A stretch of 64,000 nt of DNA from Acidobacteriota bacterium (GTDB taxonomy: Bacteria; Acidobacteriota; UBA890; WLXD01), in NCBI GenBank assembly GCA_963666055.2, contig CAXWPH010000010.1:64001-128000 (forward strand), in the 5' to 3' direction. Both the position numbers and the translations under genes were made by a program. Shown one piece after another: positions 28,763 to 37,725 of the stretch. A model generated the notes under the pieces. That model had not been told where the DNA came from, did no database searches, and saw only the letters and a list, made by a program, of their open reading frames with translations. Position 1 is the stretch's first letter, and each line of letters begins with the position of its first letter.

Positions 28763-28871
28763 CGGTCACCGGTTGCAGGGCCGGGATCTAAGAGTACCAG
28801 CTAGTGGCGCGCGCAGCGGACGGCAAAGGCTCGGAGCGGCCGAGCGCCAGCAATGCGCCAGCGCCACGTGC

Positions 28872-29183
28872 TCAGGCGAGCAATACGAAAGCCGCTGCTG
28901 AGGCGGCGACTTGGATCGTGAAGTTGTCGAGACCGTGGTTGCTAATCGCCTTAACAAGCGCGCCGAAGACGCCGCACGCAACGCCGGTGGCCACCGCCGT
29001 CCCGGCGGAGAGCCCCTCACGGCTCAGAAGAAACTCGAGCACGTAGGCCATGTCGATGTCGTCCTCGGCTACCATCAGACGGGGAATATGCAGTGCGCGC
29101 GCGGGCTCGGCTCCTAGGGTCATCTGTAACGTCGTTCGTCCTAGGCGGGTGACCGCCTTCACATACAGGGTGTCAGCAGGCAT
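28872..29183 (-). pseudogene. Chimeric remnant: receiver-domain start fused to phytol/dolichol kinase (CTP-transferase family)-like C-terminus
   Basis: RLMVAEDDIDMAYVLEFLLSREG, then GALVKAISNHGLDNFTIQVAASA. Confidence 0.5.
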
Positions 29184-29287
29184 GTTAGCAACGTGTATTG
29201 AATGTCAGAAGCTACTTATGATTAGGCTTAATTTTTACTAGATATTATCAATTATAATTAATCACTAAAAGATATCTGAGGCCGGCC

Positions 29288-30115
29288 ATGGACGCCGATT
29301 TCAGCGGCCTGCTTGAATTCGCTGTCTCTATGGCGCAGCAGGCGGGCCGCAAGACGCTGCGCTATTTCGACGCCACCGTGCACGTGGAGCTCAAGGCTGA
29401 TTCCACCCCGGTGACGCAGGCCGATCGCGAGGCCGAACAACTGTGTCGAGCTCTGATAGAGGCCCGCTTCCCCGACGATGGCATCGTCGGCGAGGAGTTC
29501 GGTGCCTGCCGCGCCGACGCGACGCGCCGGTGGATCATTGACCCAATCGACGGCACCAAGAGCTTCATCCGGGGCGTACCGCTGTACGGCGTGCTGATCG
29601 CACTCGAGGAGGCTGGCCGACCAGTGCTCGGCGTTGCCCACTTCCCGGCCCTCTCGGAGACGGTGGCGGCTGCCCGTGGAAGCGGCTGCTACTGGAACGG
29701 TCGCCGCGCCCGGGTATCAGAGATCGGCACTCTGAAGGACGCGCTAGTGCTGAGCACCGATGCCGAGTCGTTCGCCGAGGAGGGTCGTGGGGCGGAATGG
29801 GACCAGCTAACGACCTGCGCCGCGATGGTGCGAACGTGGGGAGACTGCTACGGGCACGCGCTCGTCGCCACCGGCCGCGCTGAAGCGATGCTCGACCCGG
29901 TTCTGGCGCTGTGGGACTCTGCGGCACTGCTCCCCATCGTCGAGGAAGCCGGCGGTGTCTTCACCGATTGGGCCGGCCGGCCGGTACATGATGGGGGGTC
30001 CGGAATCGCCACCAACGCAGCGCTGGCAAAGGAGGTTCGAGAGCTGCTCGGCGCCGGCGACTCGGTTTCCTGCAGCGGTCACGGTAGTTGCCCGCACGAC
30101 CCAATGGCACAATAG
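29288..30115 (+). CDS. hisN: Histidinol-phosphatase, inositol monophosphatase family
   Basis: KADSTPVTQADREAE, GEEFG, WIIDPIDGTKSF, WGDCYG, WDSAAL. Confidence 0.85.
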   Translation: MDADFSGLLEFAVSMAQQAGRKTLRYFDATVHVELKADSTPVTQADREAEQLCRALIEARFPDDGIVGEEFGACRADATRRWIIDPIDGTKSFIRGVPLYGVLIALEEAGRPVLGVAHFPALSETVAAARGSGCYWNGRRARVSEIGTLKDALVLSTDAESFAEEGRGAEWDQLTTCAAMVRTWGDCYGHALVATGRAEAMLDPVLALWDSAALLPIVEEAGGVFTDWAGRPVHDGGSGIATNAALAKEVRELLGAGDSVSCSGHGSCPHDPMAQ

Positions 30116-30121
30116 GCGTCC

Positions 30122-31282
30122 ATGGACCAGGAACTCGAGGAACTAGTACGCCCACGCATCGAGGACAGCTACCTCCGCATCCTCGTGGTTGAAGAGGATC
30201 CCGAGCTCAGATCCCTGGTCGTTTCCACGCTTGCCCACTTCGGGTTCGGTTGTCAGGAGGCAATCGATGCCGGTGATGCGCTGCGCATCCTGCGCGAGGC
30301 CGCTGCCGGTCGCGACGATAGCCCGCTACAACCGGAGGGCGGCACGCTCACCCCGATCGGCGGACGCTACGCCAGCCTGGCGTGCGAGTTCGGGATGGTG
30401 ATCTGTGACGTGCGGATGCCCGACCGTGACGGCCTGTGGTTTCTCGACCAGGTGCTCACCACATACCCGGACGTCTCGGTCATCATGTTGACGTCCGTGG
30501 ATCGCAGCCGTCTGGCAGTCGAGTGCCTGCGCCGCGGGGCCACCGACTACTTGGTCAAGCCCATCGACATGGACGATCTGCTGATCTCGGTCCATCAAGG
30601 GCTGGAACGGCGGCGCCTGGTGATCGAGAACCAGCTCTATCAGACGAAGCTCGAACGCATGGTTCAGGATCGGACGTTCGAGCTGCGACATACCCTCGAC
30701 AAGCTGCGAGACAGCTACAACGAGACGCTCACGGCCCTGGCGGCCGCGCTGGACGCACGCGAGCAGGAGACTGCCAACCACTCCGTGCGTGTTTCCGAGG
30801 GCTGCACCCGGCTGCTCCGTCGGCTCGGCATAGACGATGACGAAACGCTACGAGTGATCGAGGCCGGGGCGTTGCTGCATGACATCGGCAAGATCGGCAT
30901 TCCCGACTCGATCTTGCTCAAGGAGGGTCCGTTGGACGTCAGCGAGCGCGCCGTGATGAAGCGCCACCCGCAGATCGGCTACGACATGCTGCGCGGCATC
31001 CGCTTCCTCGACCCGTCGTTAGAGCTCGTCCTTTACCACCAAGAGCGCTACGACGGCACGGGGTATCCGCATGGCCTGGCCGGTGAGCACATCCCCCTGG
31101 CGGCGCGCGCCTTCGCAGTCGTAGACGCATGGGACGCGATGACCAACACCCGCCCCTACCGTCAGGCAATGACGGCAAAGCTGGCAGCAGAGGAGCTGCG
31201 TTCGTGCGCCGGCGCGCACTTTGACCCGGTGGTCGTCGAGGCGTTCCTCGATATGAAACGCTCCGAAGGGGCCCTCATCTGA
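30122..31282 (+). CDS. Response regulator with HD-GYP c-di-GMP phosphodiesterase
   Basis: Receiver CDVRMP...KP; HDIGK; HQERYDGTGYP; DAMTNTRPYR. Confidence 0.92.
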   Translation: MDQELEELVRPRIEDSYLRILVVEEDPELRSLVVSTLAHFGFGCQEAIDAGDALRILREAAAGRDDSPLQPEGGTLTPIGGRYASLACEFGMVICDVRMPDRDGLWFLDQVLTTYPDVSVIMLTSVDRSRLAVECLRRGATDYLVKPIDMDDLLISVHQGLERRRLVIENQLYQTKLERMVQDRTFELRHTLDKLRDSYNETLTALAAALDAREQETANHSVRVSEGCTRLLRRLGIDDDETLRVIEAGALLHDIGKIGIPDSILLKEGPLDVSERAVMKRHPQIGYDMLRGIRFLDPSLELVLYHQERYDGTGYPHGLAGEHIPLAARAFAVVDAWDAMTNTRPYRQAMTAKLAAEELRSCAGAHFDPVVVEAFLDMKRSEGALI

Positions 31283-32568
31283 GCCCGCCGAGCCAGCGAG
31301 CGCCGCGCAGAGAGCTGTTCGCCTGGTGCACCTTCGACTTCGCGAACTCCGGATACACGACCGTCATCATCACGGCCGTCTATAGCGTCTACTTTGTCAG
31401 CGTCGTGGCCGAGAACCGCCCCGAGGCTACCCTCGTATGGACGCTGGCGCTCTCGGTTTCCTACCTGCTCGTGCTCCTCACCGCGCCGTTGCTGGGTGCC
31501 ATCGCCGACTACTCGGCCTGCAAGAAGCGGCTGCTCGTCTGGACCACCAGCTTGTGCGTGCTCGCCACGGCTGCGCTGGTGACAACCGGGCGGGGTGATA
31601 TCTGGCTCGCCTGCGGCTTGATCATCGTGTCCAACACCTTCTACGCGGCGGGCGAGAACCTGATCGCCGCCTTCTTGCCCGACCTGGCGCCACCCGAGGA
31701 CATAGGGAAGCTGTCTGGATACGGTTGGGCCTGGGGTTACATTGGCGGGCTGGTGGCGCTGGCGCTGTGCTTGGTTTACATACGAACGGCTGTTGCTGGC
31801 GGCGCGCTGGAGGAAGAGGTTGTCCCGAACACCGCATTGATCGTCGCAGGCCTGTTCGCGGCGGCCGTAGTGCCGTCCTTCCTATGGCTTCGTGAGCCCC
31901 GCGCCAGCGGTCAGCTGGACAGCGTTTCGGAGTATGTTCGGGTAGGCTTCGCGCGCCTCCGGACGACACTACGAGAAGCGCGCCGATTCGACGACCTGTT
32001 CCGACTGTTGCTCTGCATCTGCGCATACAGCGCCGGGGTGGCGGTTGTGTCCACGGTCGCAGGAGTGTACGCGCAACAAGTGCTGCAACTCAGTCAGGTC
32101 GAGACAATCTCCCTGCTGGTCATCGTCAACCTGAGCGCCGCAGCCGGCGCCTTCGCCTTCGGCCACCTACAAGACCGATTCGGCTCTAAGCGGACGATCG
32201 CCATGACCCTACTGTTGTGGACCGCAACCACGTTGGGTGCGGCATTCATCGAGACCACGATGCAGCTGTTCCTCATCGGAAATATGGCCGGTGTAGCCAT
32301 AGGATCGAGCCAGTCGGCCGGCCGCGCGATGGTGGCGCTGTTCTCCCCTGCCGCCAAGGCAGCGGAGTTCTTCGGTCTCTGGGGGATGGCAGTGAAGACG
32401 GCGTCAATCATCGGGCCGCTGACCTACGGGATAACCAACTACGCCACCGGCTCACACCGCGTCGCCCTGGCGATCACCACCGTCTTCTTTCTCGCCGGCC
32501 TGGCGTTGCTGTGGCAGATTGACGAGGAACGTGGGCGCCGGACAGCCGAAGCCTACGTTGAGGGCTGA
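31279..32568 (+). CDS. MFS transporter (UMF1/ATG22-like)
   Basis: AWCTFDFANSGY N-terminal motif lies upstream of the tracked start; GAIAD, SGYGWAWGYIGG, EFFGLW; probable CTG start. Confidence 0.85.
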   Translation: MSPPSQRAPRRELFAWCTFDFANSGYTTVIITAVYSVYFVSVVAENRPEATLVWTLALSVSYLLVLLTAPLLGAIADYSACKKRLLVWTTSLCVLATAALVTTGRGDIWLACGLIIVSNTFYAAGENLIAAFLPDLAPPEDIGKLSGYGWAWGYIGGLVALALCLVYIRTAVAGGALEEEVVPNTALIVAGLFAAAVVPSFLWLREPRASGQLDSVSEYVRVGFARLRTTLREARRFDDLFRLLLCICAYSAGVAVVSTVAGVYAQQVLQLSQVETISLLVIVNLSAAAGAFAFGHLQDRFGSKRTIAMTLLLWTATTLGAAFIETTMQLFLIGNMAGVAIGSSQSAGRAMVALFSPAAKAAEFFGLWGMAVKTASIIGPLTYGITNYATGSHRVALAITTVFFLAGLALLWQIDEERGRRTAEAYVEG

Positions 32569-35435
32569 GGTGGCGCGGCGGCAACGACGCGGTTGCGGCC
32601 GCCCGATTTGGCCTGGTACATCGCCTGATCGGCACGCTTGAGCAAATCGTCCGCGATCGCGTCGTCGTAGCGCGACGGCGAGGAAAGCGTCGCCACACCC
32701 ACCGAGATCGTGACGGTCACGTTGTGGCCATCAAATCGGAGCCGCTCGCCCTCGACTTCGGTGCGCAGCTTCTCGGCCAGGAACTGAGCGCCTTCGGCTC
32801 CGGTGTTCGGCAGCAGGATGGCGAACTCCTCGCCGCCGAATCGCGCTGGAAGATCGGTGGCGCGCACCGTCTGGGAGAGCCCTCTCGCCACCAGCCGCAA
32901 CACCTCGTCGCCGGCGGCATGGCCGAAGCGATCGTTGACCGTCTTGAATCGGTCGAGATCGAGCACCAGCAGTGACAGATGCTGGTCGGTCGGAACGCGG
33001 GTCAGCTTGCGTAGCTCGCGTTCCAGGCTTTCGAGGAAGAACCGCCGATTCGGTAGGCCGGTCAGCTCGTCGGTAGTCGCCATGCGCTCGAGCTGGGCGT
33101 TCTTCTCCACCAGTTCGTGTGTGCGAGCGTCGACCATGCGGCGCAGTCGGCGACGATCATCCTCGACGTGCCGCAACCTGCCCCTGAACAACACGCCGAC
33201 GAGGAGCAGCGAAAGAGCCGCCAAAGCGACGCGAAACCAGATCGTCTCCCACAGCTCTGGCCGCACCACGAAGCGCAGGCGGGCGGGCTCCCTGCTCCAC
33301 AAGCCACTCTCGTTGATCGCCTGCAACTCGAAGGTGTACTCACCCGGGGCAAGGTCCATGAACGTAACGCTGCGCTCTTCCGTGGGGCGGGACCAGACGT
33401 CCGACTGTCCGATCAGTCGGTATTGGAAACGACTGCTCGATTCATCTCGATACGACAGCGCGCTGTACGCGATGGTTACGCCGTTGTGATCAGGAGGAAG
33501 GTCGGCGAGCTCGGACTCGGTTGCCGGATCGCCGTCGACGAGCACGCCGCGAATCACTACCGCCGGCGGCACCGTCGACGCGACGCGAATACCGGGGCGA
33601 AAGACCGTCAACCCTGCGGGAGTACCAAACCAGAGGCGTCCGTCGTCGCCCGCAACGGCAGCGCCGGGGTTGCCGGCCGCAGCAACCAGCCCGTCTCCAA
33701 GATCGTAGTGGGACACACCCAGCGACGGGTCCCAGCGATCGAGACCGCGGTTGGTGTACAGCCAAACGCGCCCGCGGCGATCAACCACTACTTGGTGTAC
33801 GAAGTCACTGGCCAGCCCGTTGCCGTCACGGGTGAGCGCCGAAGTGCTGCCGTCTGGCAGGAATCGGATGGCGCCGTGGCCGTTCGTCGCCGCCCACACA
33901 CTGCCGTCGGGCGCCGGCGCCAGCGACCATACAGGCGACCGTTGCCAGCCCTCTTCCTTGTCGGGCCGTACGAACCCGCCGTCGACTTGCAGCCATACAC
34001 CGCGATCTCGGGTTCCGACCCACAGGCGCCCTAGGCTGTCGTTCGTGAGGGCGGTCACCGGTGCGTCGGCCAGGCGCGGGCCGGCCGGAGCTGGCGCGAT
34101 GCGATCGCCGATCACACGATGCAGGCCGCTGTCGGTCCCCACCCACACGGCGCCCCCGTGACGACGCAGCGCTCGCACCGCCGGACCGCGTACGAGGCGC
34201 GGGTTCCTGCCACGCGGCGCCCGCAGCAGACCACGTGTTGTGCCGACGATCAGCTCTTCCCCGGTGGCCACGAGGGCCGTGATCTGCCCAGCAGCGTCGG
34301 CGTTCACGTCGAGCTCGAGGCTCGGTCCGTCGCTGCCCCGGAACGCCACGATCCCATCTCGGGTGGCGGCCCACACGGTCCCTGTCGCATCAATATCGAG
34401 CGCCACCACGAAGTCGCCCGGCATGCCGTGAGCGGTCGCATAGGTCACGAAGCTCGAAGCCACCAGTTTGGCAGCGCCACTATCTGTCCCGAACCAAACG
34501 TTGCCTTCATGGTCTACCAGCACTGCGTTGACGCGGTCATCACCCAGCCCAGCGCGGACGTCGTATACCTCGACAGTCGGAGGGCGCACGTGGATCGCGC
34601 CGCGATCGGTGCCGAACCATAGGCCGCCTTCCGGCGCGCGCGCCGCACCAAGCACGTGCTTGCCGTCCGCCTCAGGTACTGGAATGAGTCGACCACCAAC
34701 CAGGCGGTACAGTCCGCGGTCGGTTCCAACCCACAGCAAGCCGCCACTATCGACGATCAGCACCGTGACCGCGGCGCCGGTAGGCAAGCCGACATCCTCG
34801 CGTAGCAACCGGTCGCGGTGCAGACGATACAGGCCACCAGGGCCGCCAACCCACGTTCGAGACGAAGGGTCCACGGCTACTGCCGTACAGCATCCTGGCG
34901 GGACTTCAGACTCGGGCACGGCGCGCCGTGGCCCTTCCGCCGTAATCGCTACCAGGCCGCGTGATGTCGCGAACCAGAGCGAGCCCCTGGGATCCGGGTA
35001 AATGGAGCGCACGACAGCACCGTCGAGACCATCCCCCAGCAGGACGCGAACGACGCCATCCTCAATGACCCCGACCCCACCTTCACGCGCGGCGAACACG
35101 ACGCTGCCATCCTCGGCTTCAGCCAGCGTCACGATGGTGCTACCGATCAGACCACCGGCGGCGGCGAAGCGCCTGAATTCCGACCCGTCGTAGCGCGCCA
35201 GACCGCCGCTAGTACCGAACCAGAGGTAGCCTTGCCGGTCCTGCAAGACGCTGTGCACTCGACTCGCCGGCAGCCCGGTGGCAACGGTATAGCGGGTGAA
35301 GTGGAACTGCTGCGCAGCGGCGCTCAACGGCCAGGATGCGGCCGACGCGGCGAGCACCAGGCACACAGGTACCAACACGCTCACACGGCGCGGGCGAGGT
35401 CGAACCTGTGGCAAGAAAGGCACCGTCGTAGTCAT
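32553..35435 (-). CDS. Diguanylate cyclase with periplasmic two-component-regulator beta-propeller and Y_Y_Y domains
   Basis: Repeated DxxGxLWxGT propeller motifs, LAPGEYTFEL, TM helix, DELTGLPNRR, RATD I-site, RFGGEEF. Confidence 0.92.
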   Translation of the reverse strand: MTTTVPFLPQVRPRPRRVSVLVPVCLVLAASAASWPLSAAAQQFHFTRYTVATGLPASRVHSVLQDRQGYLWFGTSGGLARYDGSEFRRFAAAGGLIGSTIVTLAEAEDGSVVFAAREGGVGVIEDGVVRVLLGDGLDGAVVRSIYPDPRGSLWFATSRGLVAITAEGPRRAVPESEVPPGCCTAVAVDPSSRTWVGGPGGLYRLHRDRLLREDVGLPTGAAVTVLIVDSGGLLWVGTDRGLYRLVGGRLIPVPEADGKHVLGAARAPEGGLWFGTDRGAIHVRPPTVEVYDVRAGLGDDRVNAVLVDHEGNVWFGTDSGAAKLVASSFVTYATAHGMPGDFVVALDIDATGTVWAATRDGIVAFRGSDGPSLELDVNADAAGQITALVATGEELIVGTTRGLLRAPRGRNPRLVRGPAVRALRRHGGAVWVGTDSGLHRVIGDRIAPAPAGPRLADAPVTALTNDSLGRLWVGTRDRGVWLQVDGGFVRPDKEEGWQRSPVWSLAPAPDGSVWAATNGHGAIRFLPDGSTSALTRDGNGLASDFVHQVVVDRRGRVWLYTNRGLDRWDPSLGVSHYDLGDGLVAAAGNPGAAVAGDDGRLWFGTPAGLTVFRPGIRVASTVPPAVVIRGVLVDGDPATESELADLPPDHNGVTIAYSALSYRDESSSRFQYRLIGQSDVWSRPTEERSVTFMDLAPGEYTFELQAINESGLWSREPARLRFVVRPELWETIWFRVALAALSLLLVGVLFRGRLRHVEDDRRRLRRMVDARTHELVEKNAQLERMATTDELTGLPNRRFFLESLERELRKLTRVPTDQHLSLLVLDLDRFKTVNDRFGHAAGDEVLRLVARGLSQTVRATDLPARFGGEEFAILLPNTGAEGAQFLAEKLRTEVEGERLRFDGHNVTVTISVGVATLSSPSRYDDAIADDLLKRADQAMYQAKSGGRNRVVAAAPPQPST

Positions 35436-35696
35436 CAGTTTCAGGAATACCGTCCATGAGTTAGCAAAACTAACTAATAATGATTAAATAACTTTAAGTC
35501 TGATTCAAGACAATCATAGATATCTTTATCTTTTCACTATAGATCATCAATGACTTGGAGTAGCTGTGGAGACCGGTCACGAGACCGACCCGACCCGCTC
35601 CGCCTGTCGGTGCGCGCCATCAGCGATCGGCTTCTGTAGAATCGATGTGAGGCTGGCTCATTGGAGCCGCCGTCAAGCCCGCTGGGCGAGGAACCG

Positions 35697-35939
35697 ATGC
35701 AGAGTCCGCAGCTGCTGGCACCCGATGAGCTTCAGCGCATCATCGAGGCCGCGATCCCGAGCGCCACTGTGCTAGTCACCGATCTCACCGGCACGCGCGA
35801 TCACTATCGAGTGGAGGTGGTGGCGGAGGAATTCGAAGGCAAGACGCGGCTGCAGCAGCACCAGCTCGTCTACAAGGCTGTCGGTGACCACATGACGCAG
35901 GCAGTCCATGCGTTACAAATCCGCACGAGAACACCCTAG
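35697..35939 (+). CDS. bolA: BolA family protein
   Basis: DHYRVEVVAEEFEGKTRLQQHQLVY...VHALQI. Confidence 0.92.
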   Translation: MQSPQLLAPDELQRIIEAAIPSATVLVTDLTGTRDHYRVEVVAEEFEGKTRLQQHQLVYKAVGDHMTQAVHALQIRTRTP

Positions 35940-35951
35940 GAGCACCATCCG

Positions 35952-36293
35952 ATGAGCGAAGAACTGCGCAGCAGCATCGATGCCGCCGTCGCTAATAGCC
36001 CCGTTCACGTCTTCATGAAGGGCACGCCGGACTCGCCCCAGTGTGGGTTTTCCAAGGCGTCCTGCGATGTTTTCCGGGCGCTCGGTGTGGAGTTCACAGC
36101 CACCAACGTGCTCGAGAACCTAGACGCGTATCGTGCCGAGTTGGGCCAGATGACCCAGTGGCCTACGATCCCGCAGATCTTTGTTAACGGAGAGTTCATC
36201 GGCGGCTGCGACATCCTCATCGAGATGTACAACCAGGGCGAGTTGCACAAGCTGCTGGGAGCCGAGACAGCGGTCGTCCAGGACGGCGAATAG
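35952..36293 (+). CDS. grxD: Monothiol glutaredoxin (Grx4 family)
   Basis: FMKGTPDSPQCGFS, WPTIPQ, GGCD. Confidence 0.95.
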   Translation: MSEELRSSIDAAVANSPVHVFMKGTPDSPQCGFSKASCDVFRALGVEFTATNVLENLDAYRAELGQMTQWPTIPQIFVNGEFIGGCDILIEMYNQGELHKLLGAETAVVQDGE

Positions 36294-36329
36294 CGCCCCG
36301 CACGTCGCCAACGATCCACCGGGTTCCCG

Positions 36330-37184
36330 GTGAACCCATACCGTCTGCTGGCCGCATTCACACGCGCCCTCGGACGCGCTGGCCACCAGTTCTGGTTCAA
36401 CAACGGTTTCAACGACTGCGCCGCAATCTCGTACTACGCGTTGCTGTCGATCGTACCGTTGGTGGGGCTGGTTATCGGGGTTCTCAGCCTGTTCGTAGGG
36501 GTAACCTCGGAGGAGATCGAGCAGATCCTCCGCGAAGGCGGCTGGATCGCTCCGGAGTTCGGCGCGGTAATCAACGCCGCGGTCACCGAGCTGCTGCGAC
36601 ACGGCACCAGCATCGGCCTCGTGTCGTTGGTAACCACGGTCTGGTTCGCGAGCCTGGTGTTCGGCTCCATTCAAACGGCGTTCGACCGAATCTTCCAGAC
36701 GTTCCATCCGCCACTGTGGGGGTTGATGAAACCGCGCCTGGTCGCCCTCGCCGCCGCCATTCTGCTGATGCTGAGCTTCGTGTTCAACATCCTGATGACG
36801 GTAGTGCGGAGCGTAGAGGCGCCGCTGGCCGCACGGATGATCGACTTCGTGGAGCGCTCGGCTTTCCTGAACTTCGCCAGCTCCTTTGTGCTCGACATCC
36901 TGGTGTTCATGCTCATTCTTTACACCCTGCCTCCGCGGCAACTGCATGATTGGCGAATGGTCATTCCTGCCGCATTGGTCGGCGCGGTGGGATGGCGCGT
37001 CGCCCGTGCCGGCTTCGGCATCTACCTGAGCTACGCCACCACGACCCTGACCTTCACCGGCTCGGCCGGCGCCGCCGTTATCTTCATGCTCTGGATCTAC
37101 TACGCAGCGCTCGTGCTGCTATTCAGCGCGGAGCTGCTGGTGGCGCTTGATCAGGCGCGCCGGGACAGCCCGATCGACCGGTAG
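36330..37184 (+). CDS. YihY/virulence factor BrkB family membrane protein
   Basis: AAISYYALLSIVP...GSAGAAVIFMLWIYYAALVLLFSAE. Confidence 0.88.
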   Translation: MNPYRLLAAFTRALGRAGHQFWFNNGFNDCAAISYYALLSIVPLVGLVIGVLSLFVGVTSEEIEQILREGGWIAPEFGAVINAAVTELLRHGTSIGLVSLVTTVWFASLVFGSIQTAFDRIFQTFHPPLWGLMKPRLVALAAAILLMLSFVFNILMTVVRSVEAPLAARMIDFVERSAFLNFASSFVLDILVFMLILYTLPPRQLHDWRMVIPAALVGAVGWRVARAGFGIYLSYATTTLTFTGSAGAAVIFMLWIYYAALVLLFSAELLVALDQARRDSPIDR

Positions 37185-37203
37185 GCCGCGGCGAAGTGTG
37201 TCC

Positions 37204-37725
37204 TCAGCGCTCAAGCTCGAGGATGGCCGGCTTCCATGCCCTCGGGTCCGACGCCACACCGTGTGCCGGGCTCACTACCTCGACTCGATGAGCGACGAAA
37301 CGCACCAGGACGTAGTCGTCACCGCGGTTGCCCTCGACGTAGAACTCGTCCCACTCCGGCTTCCATCGCCGCGCCTTTTCGTCGGCATCGGTGATCACCC
37401 GCGCCACCCCGGTCAGGGTCACGTAGGCGCCGCTCGACGCGTCGAGGTAGTAGAGCGTGGCGCGCGAATCGTTGGCCAGCTCGCGCACCTTGCGGGTCGA
37501 TTTATTGGTGGCCATCCACACTCTGAAGTCGCTGTCAGCTGGAAAGGGGTCCATGGCTCGTGCCTGCGGTGCGCCGTCGGCATCGAGGGTGATCAAGGCG
37601 CAGTACCGTGCCGCCGTCATCACGGCGTGCGCCGCCTCGGCGATACGGTCGGGCTCTAGCAGGCCGTGGTGAAAGCCTGCCCCCAGAAACACCGACGCCA
37701 CCGCCACCACGAGGGCGCGCGTCAC
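37204..37725 (-). CDS. Pyridoxamine 5'-phosphate oxidase-like FMN-binding split-barrel protein
   Basis: CALITLDADGAPQARAMDP, WMATNKSTRKV, YVTLTG; signal peptide. Confidence 0.85.
   Translation of the reverse strand: MTRALVVAVASVFLGAGFHHGLLEPDRIAEAAHAVMTAARYCALITLDADGAPQARAMDPFPADSDFRVWMATNKSTRKVRELANDSRATLYYLDASSGAYVTLTGVARVITDADEKARRWKPEWDEFYVEGNRGDDYVLVRFVAHRVEVVSPAHGVASDPRAWKPAILELER
37656..37679. repeat. MITE TIR remnant embedded in frame in a CDS
   Basis: CTAG-CAGGCCGTGGTGAAAG-CCTG, identical to the MITE end; encodes GFHHGLL. Confidence 0.7.
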
